Shown: positions 9,495 to 10,285 of the stretch, one piece after another
Position numbering within the stretch: position 1 is the stretch's first letter
How the letters are laid out: every line of letters starts with the position of its first letter
From: Octopus sinensis
Lineage: Eukaryota
Reading direction: 5' to 3'
Assembly: GCF_006345805.1 (NCBI RefSeq)
Contig: NW_021827714.1
Span: forward strand, 1-10,285
Length of the DNA: 10,285 nucleotides
Position numbers and translations under genes: made by a program
The notes under the pieces: model-generated
The model's database searches: none
The model's input: the letters and a program-made list of their open reading frames with translations, nothing else
What the model was told of the DNA's origin: nothing

Positions 9495-9937
9495 CGGTCG
9501 GTCGGGACCCCCTTCGGTCACGACACTGACCATGGGATTGCACCTAGAAAGTTACCCTCCTAGTCACAAGTCTGGGCAAGGTGGTTTTATGGAAGACCAG
9601 CAGTCGCCCATGTACCGTAACCTATATGTATGTCGGACTGAATACCCGATCGCACAGTTAAACCATTGGGAGTGAAGGACTCCTAGCCTTTGATAGGCCA
9701 TCCTTCAAGGAGAAGGTAACTCAGGTAACTGGGATAACTCCGACATAAAACCTTGCGGCTCAGTGGGTTTACCGATAATATTGACTTATGGCTGCTGTTG
9801 CTTAGTGAGTGGGATTGACTCAGTGCACAGCCTTTCCTCACTTTAAAAACAAAATCTTCTTGCACAGGCATTGCACGATAACAACATTGATTAAGTTTCG
9901 TGCAATGGCCATACTCGATAACGAGGGGGCAGCCACC
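9493..9937 (-). mobile_element. Non-coding interspersed element, probably a non-autonomous RTE-derived (5' UTR + 3' end) retroelement
   Basis: A ~445-bp higher-GC island inside (ATGT)n. The minus-strand start (ctcgttatcgag..cat..atg..gcaag..taaagtgaggaaaggctgtgca..ctcact) resembles RTE 5' UTR sequence as I recall it. The 3' end has a ggtca/tgacc hairpin (9516-9531) and a short (CGAC)3 tail. No ORF with LINE motifs. Confidence 0.55.
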
Positions 9938-10106
9938 ATGTATGTATGTATGTATGTATGTATGTATGTATGTATGTATGTATATATGTATGTATGTATG
10001 TTTGTATGTATGTATGTTTGTATGTATGTATATATGTATGTGTGTGTATGTATGTATGTAAGTATGTATGTATGTATGTATGTATGTATGTATGTATGTA
10101 TGTATG

Positions 10107-10140
<34 letters not shown>

Positions 10141-10149
10141 TGTGTATGT
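9938..10149. repeat. (ATGT)n microsatellite
   Basis: Direct reading, about 210 bp. Confidence 0.98.
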
Positions 10150-10285
10150 GGTTCCATTCTCGGCAAGTTTGTCAGTGTCTCCACCATGGAAACAATAATT
10201 ATCGATAATGGCTGAAATTGCGTTTGACCCCTCTGGCCGAAAACCGATGAAGAATTGGTGACCTGTGTTTTCTGTCCGCCTGTGT

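Noticed and set aside
9700-9937. Canonical HDV-like ribozyme at the 5' end of the RTE-like element
   Set aside because: A P1-like stem with a G-U start exists, but I found no P2 partner, no UCC-type L3 and no GG for P1.1. Kept only as an unclassified structured domain.
9809-10215. MYVC/HTYI repeat ORFs, including a perfect Kozak GCCACCATG at 9932-9940
   Set aside because: (ATGT)n translations. The Kozak match arises by chance at the element/microsatellite junction.
10186-10215. METIIIDNG, resembling the actin/ARP N-terminal DNGSG motif, with a CCACCATGG context
   Set aside because: Stops after 9 codons and no actin-like continuation exists in the other frames
10235-10252. gccgaaaaccgatgaag as a second hammerhead
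   Set aside because: The core reads CCGAUGA rather than CUGAUGA and no supporting stems form

Overview
Repeat-saturated animal genomic DNA with no recognisable host gene. The SINE, the hammerhead repeat and the GATA/TATG/CA tracts resemble cephalopod (octopus-type) repeats, which is recollection rather than a search result. In order, the window holds: (ATGT)n, (GT)n and (CA)n microsatellites; a possible Helitron-type 3' end; a tRNA-derived SINE with a 10-bp TSD; an 89-bp insert with an 11-bp TSD that is essentially one minimal type I hammerhead ribozyme (Penelope-like); a decayed pogo-superfamily DNA transposon lacking its right TIR; and the 3' part of a CR1-group LINE. Next come two minus-strand copies of one Tx1/L1-clade LINE embedded in GATA microsatellite, one an ~800-bp fragment and one near end-to-end but with a large internal deletion. 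Last is a ~445-bp non-coding, probably RTE-derived element with a highly structured 5' end, sitting in (ATGT)n. The best leads are a candidate (TCTA)n-targeting Tx1 family, the stand-alone hammerhead mini-insertion, and the structured 5' RNA domain of the RTE-like element. All coding remnants are pseudogenised.
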